From Octopus sinensis (Eukaryota), in contig NC_042998.1 of NCBI RefSeq assembly GCF_006345805.1, forward strand, positions 182,032,001 to 182,096,000: 64,000 bases of DNA. The letters are read 5' to 3'. The notes under the pieces are model-generated. The model ran no database searches, was not told the origin of the DNA, and worked only from the letters and a program-made list of their open reading frames with translations. A program made the translations under genes and the position numbers. The stretch's first letter is position 1, and every line of letters begins with the position of its first letter. Shown here one piece after another: positions 11,780-60,908 of the stretch.

Positions 11780-12800
11780 TGTTATCTGTGCTGTTTTTGC
11801 AATATCAGTTTGTATGTTTGCAGTGAAGCAGTGTGTTTTTCAAGACCACAAGCATTTTTTTTATAAAGTGTTTTGCTTGTTGCTACTAATTCACGACATC
11901 ATGCAAGGTAGCAGAAACTGATACTTGTGTCAATTTGTAATTCATGACAAACAATGTCACTTGTGTCTCCCTGAATAATGTAAAAATTAATTGTTTTTTT
12001 TTAGCAACTGTATGTTACATTTCTTTCCGTTAAACAATATTCTATTTACTATGTTAAATAACTTACTGTTTGTGTTCATTTCTTGCTCCTGACACTCTTT
12101 GTCATGACAAATTTAAAACGCAGTCAGTTAACCATAACATAAATTGTGGACAAAATTTATTTGCAATAACTTTTTTGCAGCAGATTTGAATGCCTGTGAT
12201 ATCTTGGTTTTCATAATATACCATATTCTCCTTGTGAACAGCAGTTTATAGCACATCTTGTTGGTGATGTAACGTGATCATGTGACAACATCCTTTCCGC
12301 AATGTAACGCGTTTCTTCCGATACTTTTCTATATTTGTGAACTTGGTTTTCGTAATGCAAAATAATTTGTTGCCTGTGACAATATAACCGTCTGCTTTTG
12401 AGACAACTTGTTTTCTGTTTCTCTTGGTTTTTGTAATGCAAATTATTTCTTTGTGATAAAGTCTACTTGTGATAACGCTGACTTTCACACAACTTAGCAA
12501 TTTTGTAACACCACCAACCATAGCTCATTCAACTTGCTGCTTGTTGTACAATCTGATGTTTCTAACACCTTGGCCGTAAATTAGTATTTATTTATACTGC
12601 TTGATAAACAAAATTACTATTTGAGTTTTTTGACACCAGCTGTTAATTCACATTTTTCCTCCTTGCAAGACTTCATCAGAGAATAAAGGATAGCATCCAT
12701 GACTTTTTCAGGGCTTCCAAGATTGGTTGGAAGAAGGGAAGAATTTACTTTCGAACTGAAGACCAGGCCCCGAATGCTTGCAACAGAGTGTGATCTGTTA
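11780..12800 (-). pseudogene. Degenerate transposon-like relic with repeated Cys/His motifs (MYM- or TTF-type zinc-finger-like)
   Basis: Frameshifted repeats SC.K..LY..R.QIILHY(K/E)NQ and a LEKHTASLQ motif; no continuous ORF. Confidence 0.25.
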
Positions 12801-15053
12801 AAGTCCCCCAATGGCCAAATGTTAGCTACTTAACATTGCAAAAACAAACATGTTTGTTGGAAAATCAATGGAAAGTAACTAAGGGAGTATTTGCAGTGTT
12901 ATTTTGATGCTGAGTTTAGATGAAAATGGTAAGAATCACGACAGCAAACAACAGTTTGGCAATGAACCTATCTCCATACGGGAGCAGATGGAAAGACTAA
13001 ATCCTATCAATGGAAGAAACACAGCAATTAAGGTGGAAATATTGAATATTAATATAAATTTCGGTCTTGAAGCATAAACCAACATGCACTCAAAGAAGAG
13101 AAAAGTCGTTAGTATTTGTAAGGGGTTAAGTAAGAATCTCAAACTCCGAAAAGGAATAGAAAGGGCAAATTCATGCCTTTACAAAAGCATTAATGACGCA
13201 GAGGAATAATTACAACTTGGAATCAAATCTAGATCGTATACAAAACAAATTTTATTTGGAAATGTACGGTTGACCGACTCTCATCCGAGTATTATTGCTG
13301 TTACATATTTTATTGATAATCAAAAAGTTAATAGAATAACAGGGCCTACATTGTCATTAGTACTCGTTTCTTATTTGGGCAACCGACCACAGTAACGGAA
13401 AACATGTGAAATGGAATCAAAACTTGATCATAAATTATATTCTCTGGAAAATTATCGTTATCTTTTTATAATTATCATTATTGGCCAAATTGGTTGGGCT
13501 TCGAACAAAAATACCTATATTATACATTTAGTTACGTTCTTTTACATTCTGAGCTAAAATGTTGCCTATGTTGACTTTGCCTTTCATCTTCTGGGGGTCG
13601 ATAAAAATAAAAATAAAATACCAGTTCTACTGCCAGGATAGATATAACTGACTTACCCTCCTTTAAAATTTCTGGCCTGCTTAGAACCTATTATTATTTT
13701 ATTAATGGCACAAGCCCAACACAATTCCGTGAAAAGTAGGAAGTATCTTATGAAAATGTATTAAACCGACACTGGTATTTATCTTATCGACCCCAGAAAG
13801 AATATAAAATGAAGTCAACTGAATTAACTATATTATATCATTGTCATCTATTTTGTAGACCATGTAGACCATGTAGAATTAATCCCAACAGTCGGTCTTG
13901 AAATAAAAATGTTGAGACACTTTACTAAATACTGTTAGGTTTATAGTGTGGTTCAATACCGTTTCTATCTACAATTCTTTTTCAACACCCTTAATTAATT
14001 CGCTAACCGATGATTTAATTCAAAGCTACTGTGACTACTTGTTATAAAAAAATATATTTTAGGTATATTAGATAACTGTTTTGCTGTTTCATTGTCATAA
14101 ATTTTAGTTGTGTTTTTATTGCTTTCAGGTCAACCGTGATAGAACGAACTTCGAATCAAAGAAATTCCAGCACGTGACCATTCTGCTCTTAGTGTTATCT
14201 AGGACTATATTATCTGCTGCAGTAGTTCTCAAACTCATAAATACCAACTTCCACAAAAGAATAGTGATTTTTCTTTCTCTCCCTCATCCTTCTTTATTAA
14301 TGAGAAAACATAGTTTTCGTATCCGGATAATTCTTTTATTCCGCCATGGTGATGATAATATTTAAAAATTTCAAACTCATTTTTCAATCGTTACAAGCTA
14401 CCCCAAATCTATGAGAAACACTGACCTAACGTAACTTTTCATTTCTATTTTTTTTTCTTAAGTTAAGCAAGTTTGATATGAGCGAGATTTAATTGTAATT
14501 TCTAGCAGATTGAACGACCGCGTGGATGATCCCTCATTAGTTAATGAGGCTTTTACATCATAGTAGTTTTTATTGTTGATGTCGACATCGTAGTCAATGT
14601 CATGTTTGTGGTTGTTCTCGTTATTGCAAAGTCTCATAGCATAACGAAAAAAGCCAATAGTAAGGTTGAAACTTACTAAAAATTCTATACGATAGTCTCT
14701 CGACATTTTAAGACAGGCATTGGCAACCTTTTTTCAGAAGCGAGCTGCATGAGACATGGATCATCATCAGGCGGGCTGCACTAAAAACATTCAAAGTAAT
14801 TTTTCATTTGGCGTACCATTCAGAAAGTCCCGCAGACAGTAGTTAAGGGTGTTGCCAAGTTTCCAAAAAATATGACAAAGTGTGCATTACAAAAATGGAG
14901 TAGTACGGAAAAAAGCGAGAAAATGCAACTTAAAAGTAGATTTTCCTAGGGATTTTATATTTTCTGTTCTGGAGTGAAACAAAGATGGCTGTAACTGCGT
15001 AACGAGATAGCGGGGACTAAGATACAAAGACTTTGGAATCCATTGGTATAGTA

Positions 15054-15201
15054 CAGTGGTTCTCAGCCTTTCCACTACCAAGGACCCCTTTTATTTCAAT
15101 GAGTTTTCCTCGCGGCCCCCAAGATATTGAAAGGTCTGTCAGCTTAACATGTTCACGGACTCGCAGTACTACCTTTGCGGACCACATATTGGGAACCACT
15201 G
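15054..15201. mobile_element. hAT-type MITE
   Basis: TIRs CAGTGGTTCTCA / TGGGAACCACTG; 8-bp flanks gtatagta / gtattgta (7/8 match). Confidence 0.75.
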
Positions 15202-16375
15202 GTATTGTACAAATGGTTCTAAATCAGAGCTGTAATTTCCCCCCGAGGGAGTTGTCAGCTCACAAAGAAGCGGAAAATGTCAAGGGGACACTTCTGGAGG
15301 AGACGCAAGGTATTTAGCTAAGTCGTGATTTTCCTTAGAAATAAAATATTTAAACTCAGTACAATGCTTATATTTTAAACAATTTCTTTTGTTCCCCTTA
15401 AAAGTTGTCGGGGTTAAAATACGAATAGGACATTGTGACTGATGATGCACCAGTCTTGTATAGTAAAATTATGTAAGATCTCGCCGGCGGCTTTAGTGAT
15501 TTCTATAGAAATTTAACTCAAGTAACACTAGTCTGCGCAGTTATCTAAAACGAGATCATACTGTGGAGTTTATAAGAACATGGATTATAAACCATTGAAC
15601 AAAATTTGCTTCAGTCTTATTAAAATTATGTTTTTTTACAAAACATGGTGAGTTAGCATGTTTGTGAAACACCATTTTGTAAAAAGAGACATCGAGCTAC
15701 GATAGACTGAGAATAACTGTTGCAGTCTATTGTATTTCAGTGTATTTTAATAGTATAAGTAATACATTGTATTTCATGGTTGTGTGTTGAGGTTTACTGT
15801 GGCTTATAAAGTACAACGGAGCGAAGATCAGTGGATGCGCAATCAAGTTGTCGCTATTTAGTCCCAGATCCGTCCCAATTGTGTAAACGAACGATCAAAG
15901 GCATTCCACTTAGGACCATCTCGTCACATTATTTTATCGAATTCACCCGTAGTTTTAAGAGGAGGTGATTTCAGGGAAATTCTGCTATTTTTAACCGGTT
16001 GAGCACCACTATAATAATAACGCTTGGTCTAACGTTTCTTTGTCACAGTATAGAAGTTTTAATGCAGTATGATTTATTGTCGTTGCTGTTGTATTTCTTT
16101 TTAGCCCTAGGTCATGCGTGATTGAGCAAACTTAAGATCAAAGGTCATCATTCATGACAAATCCCGTTTTTATTGAAAACGATTGTAACTCGGACTACGC
16201 TAAGTAGTAGATCATTATTTTATTTATTTATCTTTATAATTGTAGGGTGTGATATAAGGGAGATTTTGGCTGCTATTTAGAGCAACTCAGATGACCACGC
16301 CGAAGTTTCCTTGTAAGCTCCGTTGTCTATTGGATTTTAAATGAAGGCCGTAACTTATTCAAATAGTCCAGTGCT

Positions 16376-16423
<48 letters not shown>

Positions 16424-16463
16424 TTAAAAAAGGAGATGTGGAACACGAGTTGTGATATATAAA

Positions 16464-16595
16464 AAAAGGAAATGAAGAAAATGCTGACAAAATAATTTAA
16501 GTAAGGGAGAGTGTATTTAATTAGGTGAAAGTTCTTCACCTAATTAAATACACTCTCCCTTACTTAAATTATTTTGTCAGCATTTTCTTCATTTC

Positions 16596-16600
<5 letters not shown>
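16464..16600. repeat. Perfect 66-bp inverted repeat with 5-nt loop
   Basis: 16464-16529 is the exact reverse complement of 16535-16600; loop AGTTC. Confidence 0.95.
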
Positions 16601-16633
<33 letters not shown>

Positions 16634-16808
16634 TCTGATCTACCCATCTGGCACCAGGTGTTGGTACGAGCATTGACAAATTGTAGTAGTAGGCGTTGTT
16701 GTTGTGGTGGTAGTGGTTGTAGTAGTAGTGACTGTAGTGGTCGTGGTGGTGGTTGCTTGCTTTTGTTATTGTTATTGTTGTCGACACTTGCTTTCTGCAC
16801 ATAATTCG

Positions 16809-16851
<43 letters not shown>

Positions 16852-17060
16852 AATGAAGATAATGATGATGACGACGACGATGAATACGACAATCATTGTT
16901 AAGCTGTTTTTGTAGCTCAATCAGTTGTTGTTGTTGTTATTGGTCGTGTTGCTCCTATTTAGTGTTCCTTTCGTCGTTGTTATCATTTGTCGGCTCTGCT
17001 GCTGCCGCTGCTGTTGTTGTTTCCGCTTCCACTGCTACTACTACTAATGCATATATGCAT

Positions 17061-17926
17061 GCATAAAAACACACATATATTGAGGTCATAAGAATTTATA
17101 AATTTCGAAGAAACGTGGAATTATTTTTGTTTTTGGACTCGAAGCACTTAAAGCTATAAATAATAGCGTTTAAATCCTGGACTAAACAACCCTTTCGTTG
17201 TTGCTGCTGCTGGCGACGGCCTTGATGGTGATGATGATGATATCAGTTTTATTTATTAATTTTTTTTTTGTTTATCGTACAGTAAATGCTATTTCTGTAT
17301 TTTTAAACAATTATCGTTATCTAAAACAAGTTTTTTTTCTGTATTTTTAAATTATAAAAAGAACGAAAAAAAAAGCCTTTGGTAACAAAAGTTATCGTCT
17401 TCTTCAACAATTTGCTTGCAAAGATTTTTTTTGGGGGGGTTTCTTTTCATATTTTAATTTCCATTTGTATATATGATTTTGCTCATAAATGTGTCTGCAT
17501 TTGAGCAAAAAGTTCGATAAATCAATCAATCAATCAATCAAAGAATCGATAAATGAACGAATCAATCAGTCAAGTAATCAAATCGATCAACAGATAGATA
17601 AGAAAAGATGAGAGCCTGTGCAAGGGAAGTGAGAAGAGAAGGAAGAGGACATACAATTAAAAATGAAAGGGTGGTAGGTACAGTGACTGTTTATGTTTGT
17701 GTCATACATACATACATAAATGTATACACACATGCACATATACATACATACATAAATGCATACATGCATACATAAATGCATATATATTTGCATAAAAACA
17801 CACATATATTGAGGTCATAAGAATTTATAAACTTCGAAGAAACGTGGAATTATTTTTGTTTTTGGACTCGAAGCACTTAAAGCTATAAATAATAGCGTTT
17901 AAATCCTGGACTAAACAACCCTTTCG
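17061..17926 (+). repeat. ~137-bp direct repeat (17061-17197 and 17790-17926)
   Basis: gcataaaaacacacatatattgagg...aaacaaccctttcg occurs twice, 729 bp apart. Confidence 0.9.
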
Positions 17927-18005
17927 ATAGAAAAAGACCGAAGGTTGCCTTCGGCTTTTTCACTATTTACACGCTACTACTCAGAGTTTTAAGTGCTTCT
18001 AAGAG

Positions 18006-18045
<40 letters not shown>

Positions 18046-18253
18046 GCAAACAATTCACGAGAATAAAAATAACTCACGAAAAAATAATTTGCAATGATAT
18101 CATTAACTCTGTTATTATCTAGTAACAATTTAAAAATGATAATAACAGAATCAATAATATAGGCGACTGTAGGCCCTAAAAAAGCATTAAATAGCTGAAG
18201 GATTAAAATTAATCAAGTGACATACTAAGTAGACATATTTAGTATGTCCTTTG

Positions 18254-18302
<49 letters not shown>

Positions 18303-18399
18303 AATGATAATGACAAAAAAAAAAGAATGAATGAGACCTCGATATTATGTTAAAATAAAGGAATTTACCTATAAATATGTGACAATTAGTTGGTTGTCA

Positions 18400-18461
18400 T
18401 AATAAGACTCAGAGTTTCGGATGCCAGGCTGATATCTGCTCCGGCATCTCATCAGTCATTA
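18400..18461 (-). ncRNA. Type I hammerhead ribozyme, minimal or dimer-type stem III
   Basis: Minus strand UAAUGA-CUGAUGA-GAUGCCGG...CUGGCAUC-C-GAA-ACUC U GAGU-C-UUAUUA: stem I 6 bp, full core, stem II 8 bp, palindromic stem III, GUC triplet (predicted cut 18406/18405). One extra C precedes GAAA. Confidence 0.75.
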
Positions 18462-18489
18462 AGACAAACAAAAACGTTTTTGTTTGTCT

Positions 18490-18553
18490 TACTGACTGAT
18501 GAGATGCCGGAGCAGATTTCAGCCCGGCATCCGAAACACTGAATTTTTTTTAT
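18490..18553 (+). ncRNA. Damaged mirror-image hammerhead copy
   Basis: CUGAUGA (18496-18502), intact stem II GAUGCCGG/CCGGCAUC and GAAA, but stem III and triplet decayed (ACACUGAAUU). Confidence 0.5.
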
Positions 18554-18584
18554 GACAACCAAGTAATTGTCACATATATATGTG

Positions 18585-18636
<52 letters not shown>

Positions 18637-19046
18637 TGTGTGTGTTTATGTGTGTGTGTGTTTGTGTGTGTGTATTGCAAGATTCCTGATGTGAAACTAT
18701 GTGTTGAAAAAGATGTTGCATTTCGGGAGTATCATTTTTTTTGCCAAATAAAAGCACGCACTATATGTTCGTTCTTCCCTCGTTTATTACTGTTCTTAAT
18801 TTTATTCTAACCGGACAATGGACATCAGTTGGATCAAGAACGTTTATAAACGAGTGAAGAACGAATATATAGTGCGTGTGTTTATTTGGCAAAAAAAAAA
18901 TTACCATCCCCAGATACAATATATATATATATATATATATATATACGTACTTATATAAACCTATATATATATATATATACTTAGATATATATACATACAT
19001 ATATATATATATATATACATACATACTATATATATATATATACATA

Positions 19047-19150
<104 letters not shown>

Positions 19151-19179
19151 CATACATACATACATACATACATACATAC

Positions 19180-19210
<31 letters not shown>

Positions 19211-19211
19211 C

Positions 19212-19242
<31 letters not shown>

Positions 19243-19244
19243 CA

Positions 19245-19280
<36 letters not shown>

Positions 19281-19440
19281 TATGCATACATACATTCATA
19301 CATGTATATATATATATAGTTTACTTTTCCTCTAAGGTAAGATCAACAAAAAAAAAAAAAACCCATCCAGTGAGAGATAAATATTATTTAATGTATACAG
19401 TATAGACTTACGTGTTTATAAGTAATTTCATGCAATTGGA

Positions 19441-19540
19441 GATGCAGTCTAGGCAATTTTTATAACACGTCTAGTGTCTCCAAGCGATCTTTAGGGTTGG
19501 AGACACAAAGCGTGTTATTAAGACTTACCTAGACTACATC
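19441..19540. repeat. Imperfect fold-back hairpin
   Basis: gtgtctccaa / ttggagacac inner stem; gatgcagtctagg / cctagactacatc outer stem. Confidence 0.7.
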
Positions 19541-19590
19541 GCCAACACATGAGACTCTTTGTAACTCCTAATTGTTTACTGTGTACATGA

Positions 19591-19643
<53 letters not shown>

Positions 19644-20243
19644 TGTATGCATATGTAAGCATGTGTTAGAAATATGAGAGAAGAAGATGTGGATAGAACG
19701 AAGTCAAGAAAGAATGGAAAAAGAAGAATGGATACTATGTACAAAAATATGTCTTGTTAAAGTCTATTTGTTTTAAATAGTTATAAAATCTATTTACACG
19801 AAGAAGCCTCATCTAATTGGCAGTTTCATACCTGTATGTTCACTATAACGAAGATAATTTTCGAAGTTGTTTGTTGTATTTTTTTAACTCTTTACATCAT
19901 ATTTTTCTTCGTTTGTACACGTTACACAATGTTCTTTTTTTCGTCTATTTCTGATTATCTTCATTATTTGCTATTTTTTCATATTTTTTTGGGGTGGTGG
20001 TGGTGGTGGTGGTGGTGGGGAGAAATATACGTGTAAGAAATTATCAGGTGATGGTGTTTCTGTTTTTTGTTTCCTCCCCACTTCTAATACTACACAAATA
20101 GGTTTTGAAAAAAAAAAAATGCAAAACTGTGGTGGTTTCGATGTATGTATACAACAGTATGTATACAACAGCATGACCTCGCCATATCACATCTTGTTGT
20201 TGTTGTTGTTGTTGTTTTTCTTATTATTTATCAAATTTGCACA

Positions 20244-56286
<36,043 letters not shown>

Positions 56287-56368
56287 CTATCAAAATATAA
56301 AAGAGTAAAAATCAAATTAACATAAATTCGTTATGATAATTAATTATTTTAGATACAATATTTTTGTT

Positions 56369-56910
56369 ACGGCGTTGCTCGGGTTTGTTTCGACCCTTTA
56401 GAATTGGAATTTTTGAAAAGTAAAAATTTTGCATTATGTTATTCTCTTTAAGTGAACATTTTTCTGGTTGAAATACACCGAAAAATGGTGACACAGCAGT
56501 CAAAAATCGTAAAAAATAGGGATTTTCATAGAAAAAAGCACCTTTTTGATGTAAATAATTTTTGGAATTGGAATTTTTGAAAAGTAAAAATTTTGCATTA
56601 TGTAGCTTGTTATTCTCTTCAAGTGAACATTTTTCTGGTTGAAATACACCGAAAAGTGGCGACACAGCAGTGAAAATATCGTAAAAAATAGGGATTTTCA
56701 TAGAAAAAAGCACTTTTTTGATGTAAATAATTTTTGGTGTTAACATGGTCCGATTTGAATTTTATCTTCTACGGAAGGAAGAGCAAGCCTTCTTCTATCA
56801 TACTCTCAATTTTGGTCAACTTGCGCCGCAGGGTCTCGGAGAAGATAGTGTTAGTTGAAGGCTACCAAACCTGCCATACACAGACAACTTCAGCTTTATA
56901 TAGAGAGAGA
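56369..56910 (-). mobile_element. Non-autonomous Helitron (46537 family) with an internal ~165-bp tandem duplication; 3' terminus clipped
   Basis: Reverse complement match to 46537-46926; block gaattggaatttttgaaaagtaaaaattttgc...ttttgatgtaaataattttt repeated. Confidence 0.8.
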
Positions 56911-58134
56911 TATCCTCCTTAGATTTGATGAGGCACAAGGATATATATTTAGAAGGAAGCGGAAGTGTTATGATGCTCAGATCTTGCTCAGAAATGAAAT
57001 GAATGCTACTGGGAATCGAAATCTGTTCGTGAACTCGAACCATTGGGAGATTACGTCACTCAACGCAAACCATCCAAATATTTTTTACAAGGATAAAAGT
57101 TAAATTTTGTAGGAAAGAATACATGGCCGATTGGATTTAACAAAGCAAATATTTGGCATCCATTTTATCAATTTTGGAAGTACATAAAGGCTAATTCGAC
57201 ACCAGTTTCATTTGAGCAAACAATCGTATTCGAATTCCATTTCTTTTTGAGTTCTAATTTCACTGAAACAATTTTAATTCGTATTCATTTCCTCGAGGAC
57301 AATATAAGTAAAAATTAACCTACAAGTTAAACCGTATTTTCTTTATAAAGACGGGGGAAATTTGTGAAGCGAAGCTCTTCACTGTAAAATGTGGCCGTGA
57401 TTTTTGTGTTGGAATATAAGTAGGGTTGGTTGTTGTAGCTTAGCCCTAAGCCAGCTCCAAGAGAAATTCTAATGTAGTATAAATGGTCAAATATGTTCCA
57501 GATGGTATAATCGTATCCTTTCTCCAAGCATAGTCATCTAAGACTACATCATCAAATGTGTCTTTCTCATTTTAAAACGAAAGAGAGTAGTTTGATGATG
57601 TAATTGCTATTTCTAGCACGTCAAACGACTCCATAGAGGCCTTAGAGTTAGAAACTCATTGATTTTTGCTATTTTTTAAAACCTCAGGTGAAACTTAATC
57701 GAGCAGACCTCGGATCAAATCTATGATCACGCCATTTTAAAGACTATCTCAGACTAAATCCTCGGGCATGTCCTTCTTTTTTCAAAGGCGGTAAGGTATG
57801 ATTTAATGGATAGTTGACTGCTATTTTATACAGATCGAGCGACTATGCAGCTGCGTACTCATAGTTCGTAATGGGTTTCGCAATAATTACTTGTAACAAA
57901 CTCTTATTATCATAGGACGAAGAGTCAGGTTATATTGAATTATCAACGAGAGTAAGCAAATTGGAATGTTTATTGATGCAGACGATAAAGAGAATCAACT
58001 GATGACAACATGCACTAATGACACACTGCTTGGGGATGATTGATGCAATTTCGAGTTGTTGGTTTGACTAGGAACAAAACAGCCAATTGAACGGTTCAAT
58101 AGATAGATTATATATATAGATATTCTCTTTTTCT

Positions 58135-58537
58135 TAATCTTTTTTCACTTGTTTCAGTCATTTTGACTGCGGCCATGCTGGTGCACCGCCTTTAATCGAA
58201 CAACTCGACCCCCAGAACTTATTCTTTGTAAGCCCAGTACTTATTCGATCGTTTTTTTTGCCGAACCGCTAAGTGACGGGGACATAAACACACCAGCATC
58301 GGTTGTCAAACAATGCTAGGGGGGGGGGGGCAAACACAGACACACAAACATACACGCACATACATATATATACATATATACGACAGGCTTCTTTCAGTTT
58401 CCGTCTACCAAATTCACTCACAAGGCTTTGGTCGGCCCGAGGCTATAGTAGAAGACACTTGCCCAAGGTGCCACGCAGTGGGACTGAACCATGTGGTTGG
58501 TAAACAAGCTACTTACCACACAGCCACTCCTGCGCCT
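58135..58537 (-). mobile_element. Full-length internal-microsatellite SINE
   Basis: Reverse complement of 22680-23071. Confidence 0.85.
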
Positions 58538-58770
58538 ATTGTGTTCATTAAACAATCTTCATGTGAATCTTGTAAAAGAAAGCATTTTAGCATACGGTTA
58601 ATCGTTCAAAGATGCCATCTGCATGAAAACCAACAGTTAAGTAAGAGTAGAATATATTTTAATGTCGAGAAAAAATCGTTTAATTTAATTAGAAATACTA
58701 CTACATCGAAGAGCGAAAATTTGCTCAGTGATATATTATTTTGAGCATTTTTTGCAAGTAAGGAAGACAA

Positions 58771-58811
58771 CTTCCAGCATGCTTCAGTTTTATTAAACTT
58801 CTTCAGCGAAG
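58771..58811 (-). ncRNA. Minimal hammerhead-like motif with non-canonical stem III
   Basis: CUUCG-CUGAAGA-AGUUU AAUA AAACU-GAA-GCAUGC-U-GGAAG. Confidence 0.4.
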
Positions 58812-59979
58812 AATAAACCTCATCGTATTCTTATCTCAAGCACTGTAATGACTGCTGCTCTGACTGCCATGAGCTTTCTGTAACACATCTATGGTGTAGG
58901 AAACATATAGTAGCTCTTGATCGTACAGTTGACAACTATAGATGGAAACGAACCAGTGATAATATGTACCTGTACAAGACTCAACATTGTCGTCGACCTT
59001 TGGTAGCATTTAATCCCAGAGCTCATGACCGAGAGAGCCTTCAGACGGTTGATCAACCTCCAAGAAATAGTTAACAAATCCCGTCAAATTATAACCTATT
59101 CATCGAATGAATACATCAAATAACGAAGTCTTATGTTCTCTGAAATAGGCAGGATGGTCACAAGTGAAGGGTCTATGATGATAGGTCTTCCTGATTAAGG
59201 TTGATCTAGGGCTAAACAAGCACAGCAACATGTAATAAAACTTAGTTGTATGTAATATTGATTTCTTTCTCATTAACCACCAGATGCAGCATGTTCTGAG
59301 AAGAGGTTGTGCTGAAGTCCATCCAATCTACTTCATTAAGTCATTAGATTGCGGCCATGCTGGGGCAACGCCTTGAAGAATATCTTTAGTCGAATGTATC
59401 GACCCCAATACTTACTTTTTAAAACCTGTTATGTTACAGGGATGTAAAGACATAACAGGCTACCACCGGTTGTCAAGCGGTGGTAGAGGAACAAACACAA
59501 ACACAAAGACACGTCGTCTTCTAAATCAAAATTCACCCTATGTCTTCCATATTGAAAAGTTTTCACTAGAAATAAAACATATTATAACTTATATACGATA
59601 ACGTAGTCGTTTAACCAGCTGTTCTGACATATGTAAGTCAGCAGCGACCGATTCTATATCAGTATTTCTAAGTAGTTTATCCTTCCCACTCACACGTTGT
59701 ATCTCTCAGTCTTTCAACTCAACTTAAACTATACCTGTCTCACTGTCTTACACATTTCTTACACCCGCCACTCTCCCGCTTTTACTTCTCAACAACTCTC
59801 TTCCGCCATATTGCTCACATAGTCCACCTTGCCACTTTCTTCCGGTTCTCCACCACCCACGTACTTTAGTGAGAAAGAGTTTGACGCAAGGCATACGTTG
59901 GCCAATCGAGTTTAGAAAGGAAACATGAATGAGTGTTTTGCATCCAGCCAAAACTATAGCACAGACACACAAATGTACA

Positions 59980-59986
59980 CACAAAT

Positions 59987-60040
<54 letters not shown>

Positions 60041-60505
60041 CATCATCATCATCATCAGAGATAAGAACATATACAAAAACACGCATATATACGCGGAAGC
60101 GCTTCCATATATACATTCATTACACACACACACATACATACATACATACACTCCCATACATACATACATACATACATACATACATACATACCATACATAC
60201 ATACATACATACATACATACACACATACATACATACATACATACATACACACATACATACATACACACACATACATACATATATACATACATACACACAC
60301 ATACATACATACATACACACACATACATACATACATGCATACACACACATACATACATACACACATACATACACACATACATACATACATACATACACAC
60401 ATACATGTATACATACACACACATACATACATACATACATACATACATACATACATACATACATACATACATACATACATACATACATACATACATACAT
60501 ACATC
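59980..60505. repeat. Long (CA)n/(CATA)n compound microsatellite
   Basis: Directly visible. Confidence 0.95.
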
Positions 60506-60788
60506 CGGACAGGCTAACAAACTGACACGTGTACATACATATATAGATGCACACATATACACATACGCAAAGGCTCACACAAGCATACAGAGGCATATGC
60601 TATTTATAAAAAGAAATATTTAATGTTTATTAATTTGTAAAAACATTGGTGAAGGAATGTTAAAATATCAGGAAGGTGAAGAAAAACTAAGATTTCTCAC
60701 AACTATTCATGAATGAAATGCGTAACGTCGTATATTTTATATACACTTGTATACTATAGTTATTCTGTCTGTCTGCCTGTCTATCAGT

Positions 60789-60908
<120 letters not shown>

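Larger units (their letters stand above)
18375..18577. repeat. ~200-bp imperfect palindrome (inverted Penelope-like terminal repeat) centred at 18475/18476
   Basis: Centre aagacaaacaaaaacgtttttgtttgtctt; arms match out to atatgtgacaatt / aattgtcacatat. Confidence 0.9.

Noticed and set aside
12936-14706. Short ORFs at 12936-13142, 14108-14365 and 14458-14706 as further exons
   Set aside because: No domain signal, and the gene already terminates at 20244.
58889-59077. Candidate upstream exon ending ...CTTGTACAG|gtacat in phase 0
   Set aside because: The translation (ISWRLINRLKALSVMSSGIKCYQRST) lacks the GCxAxNAA...CxxC pattern expected from domain copy 2; upstream exons were not found in the window.
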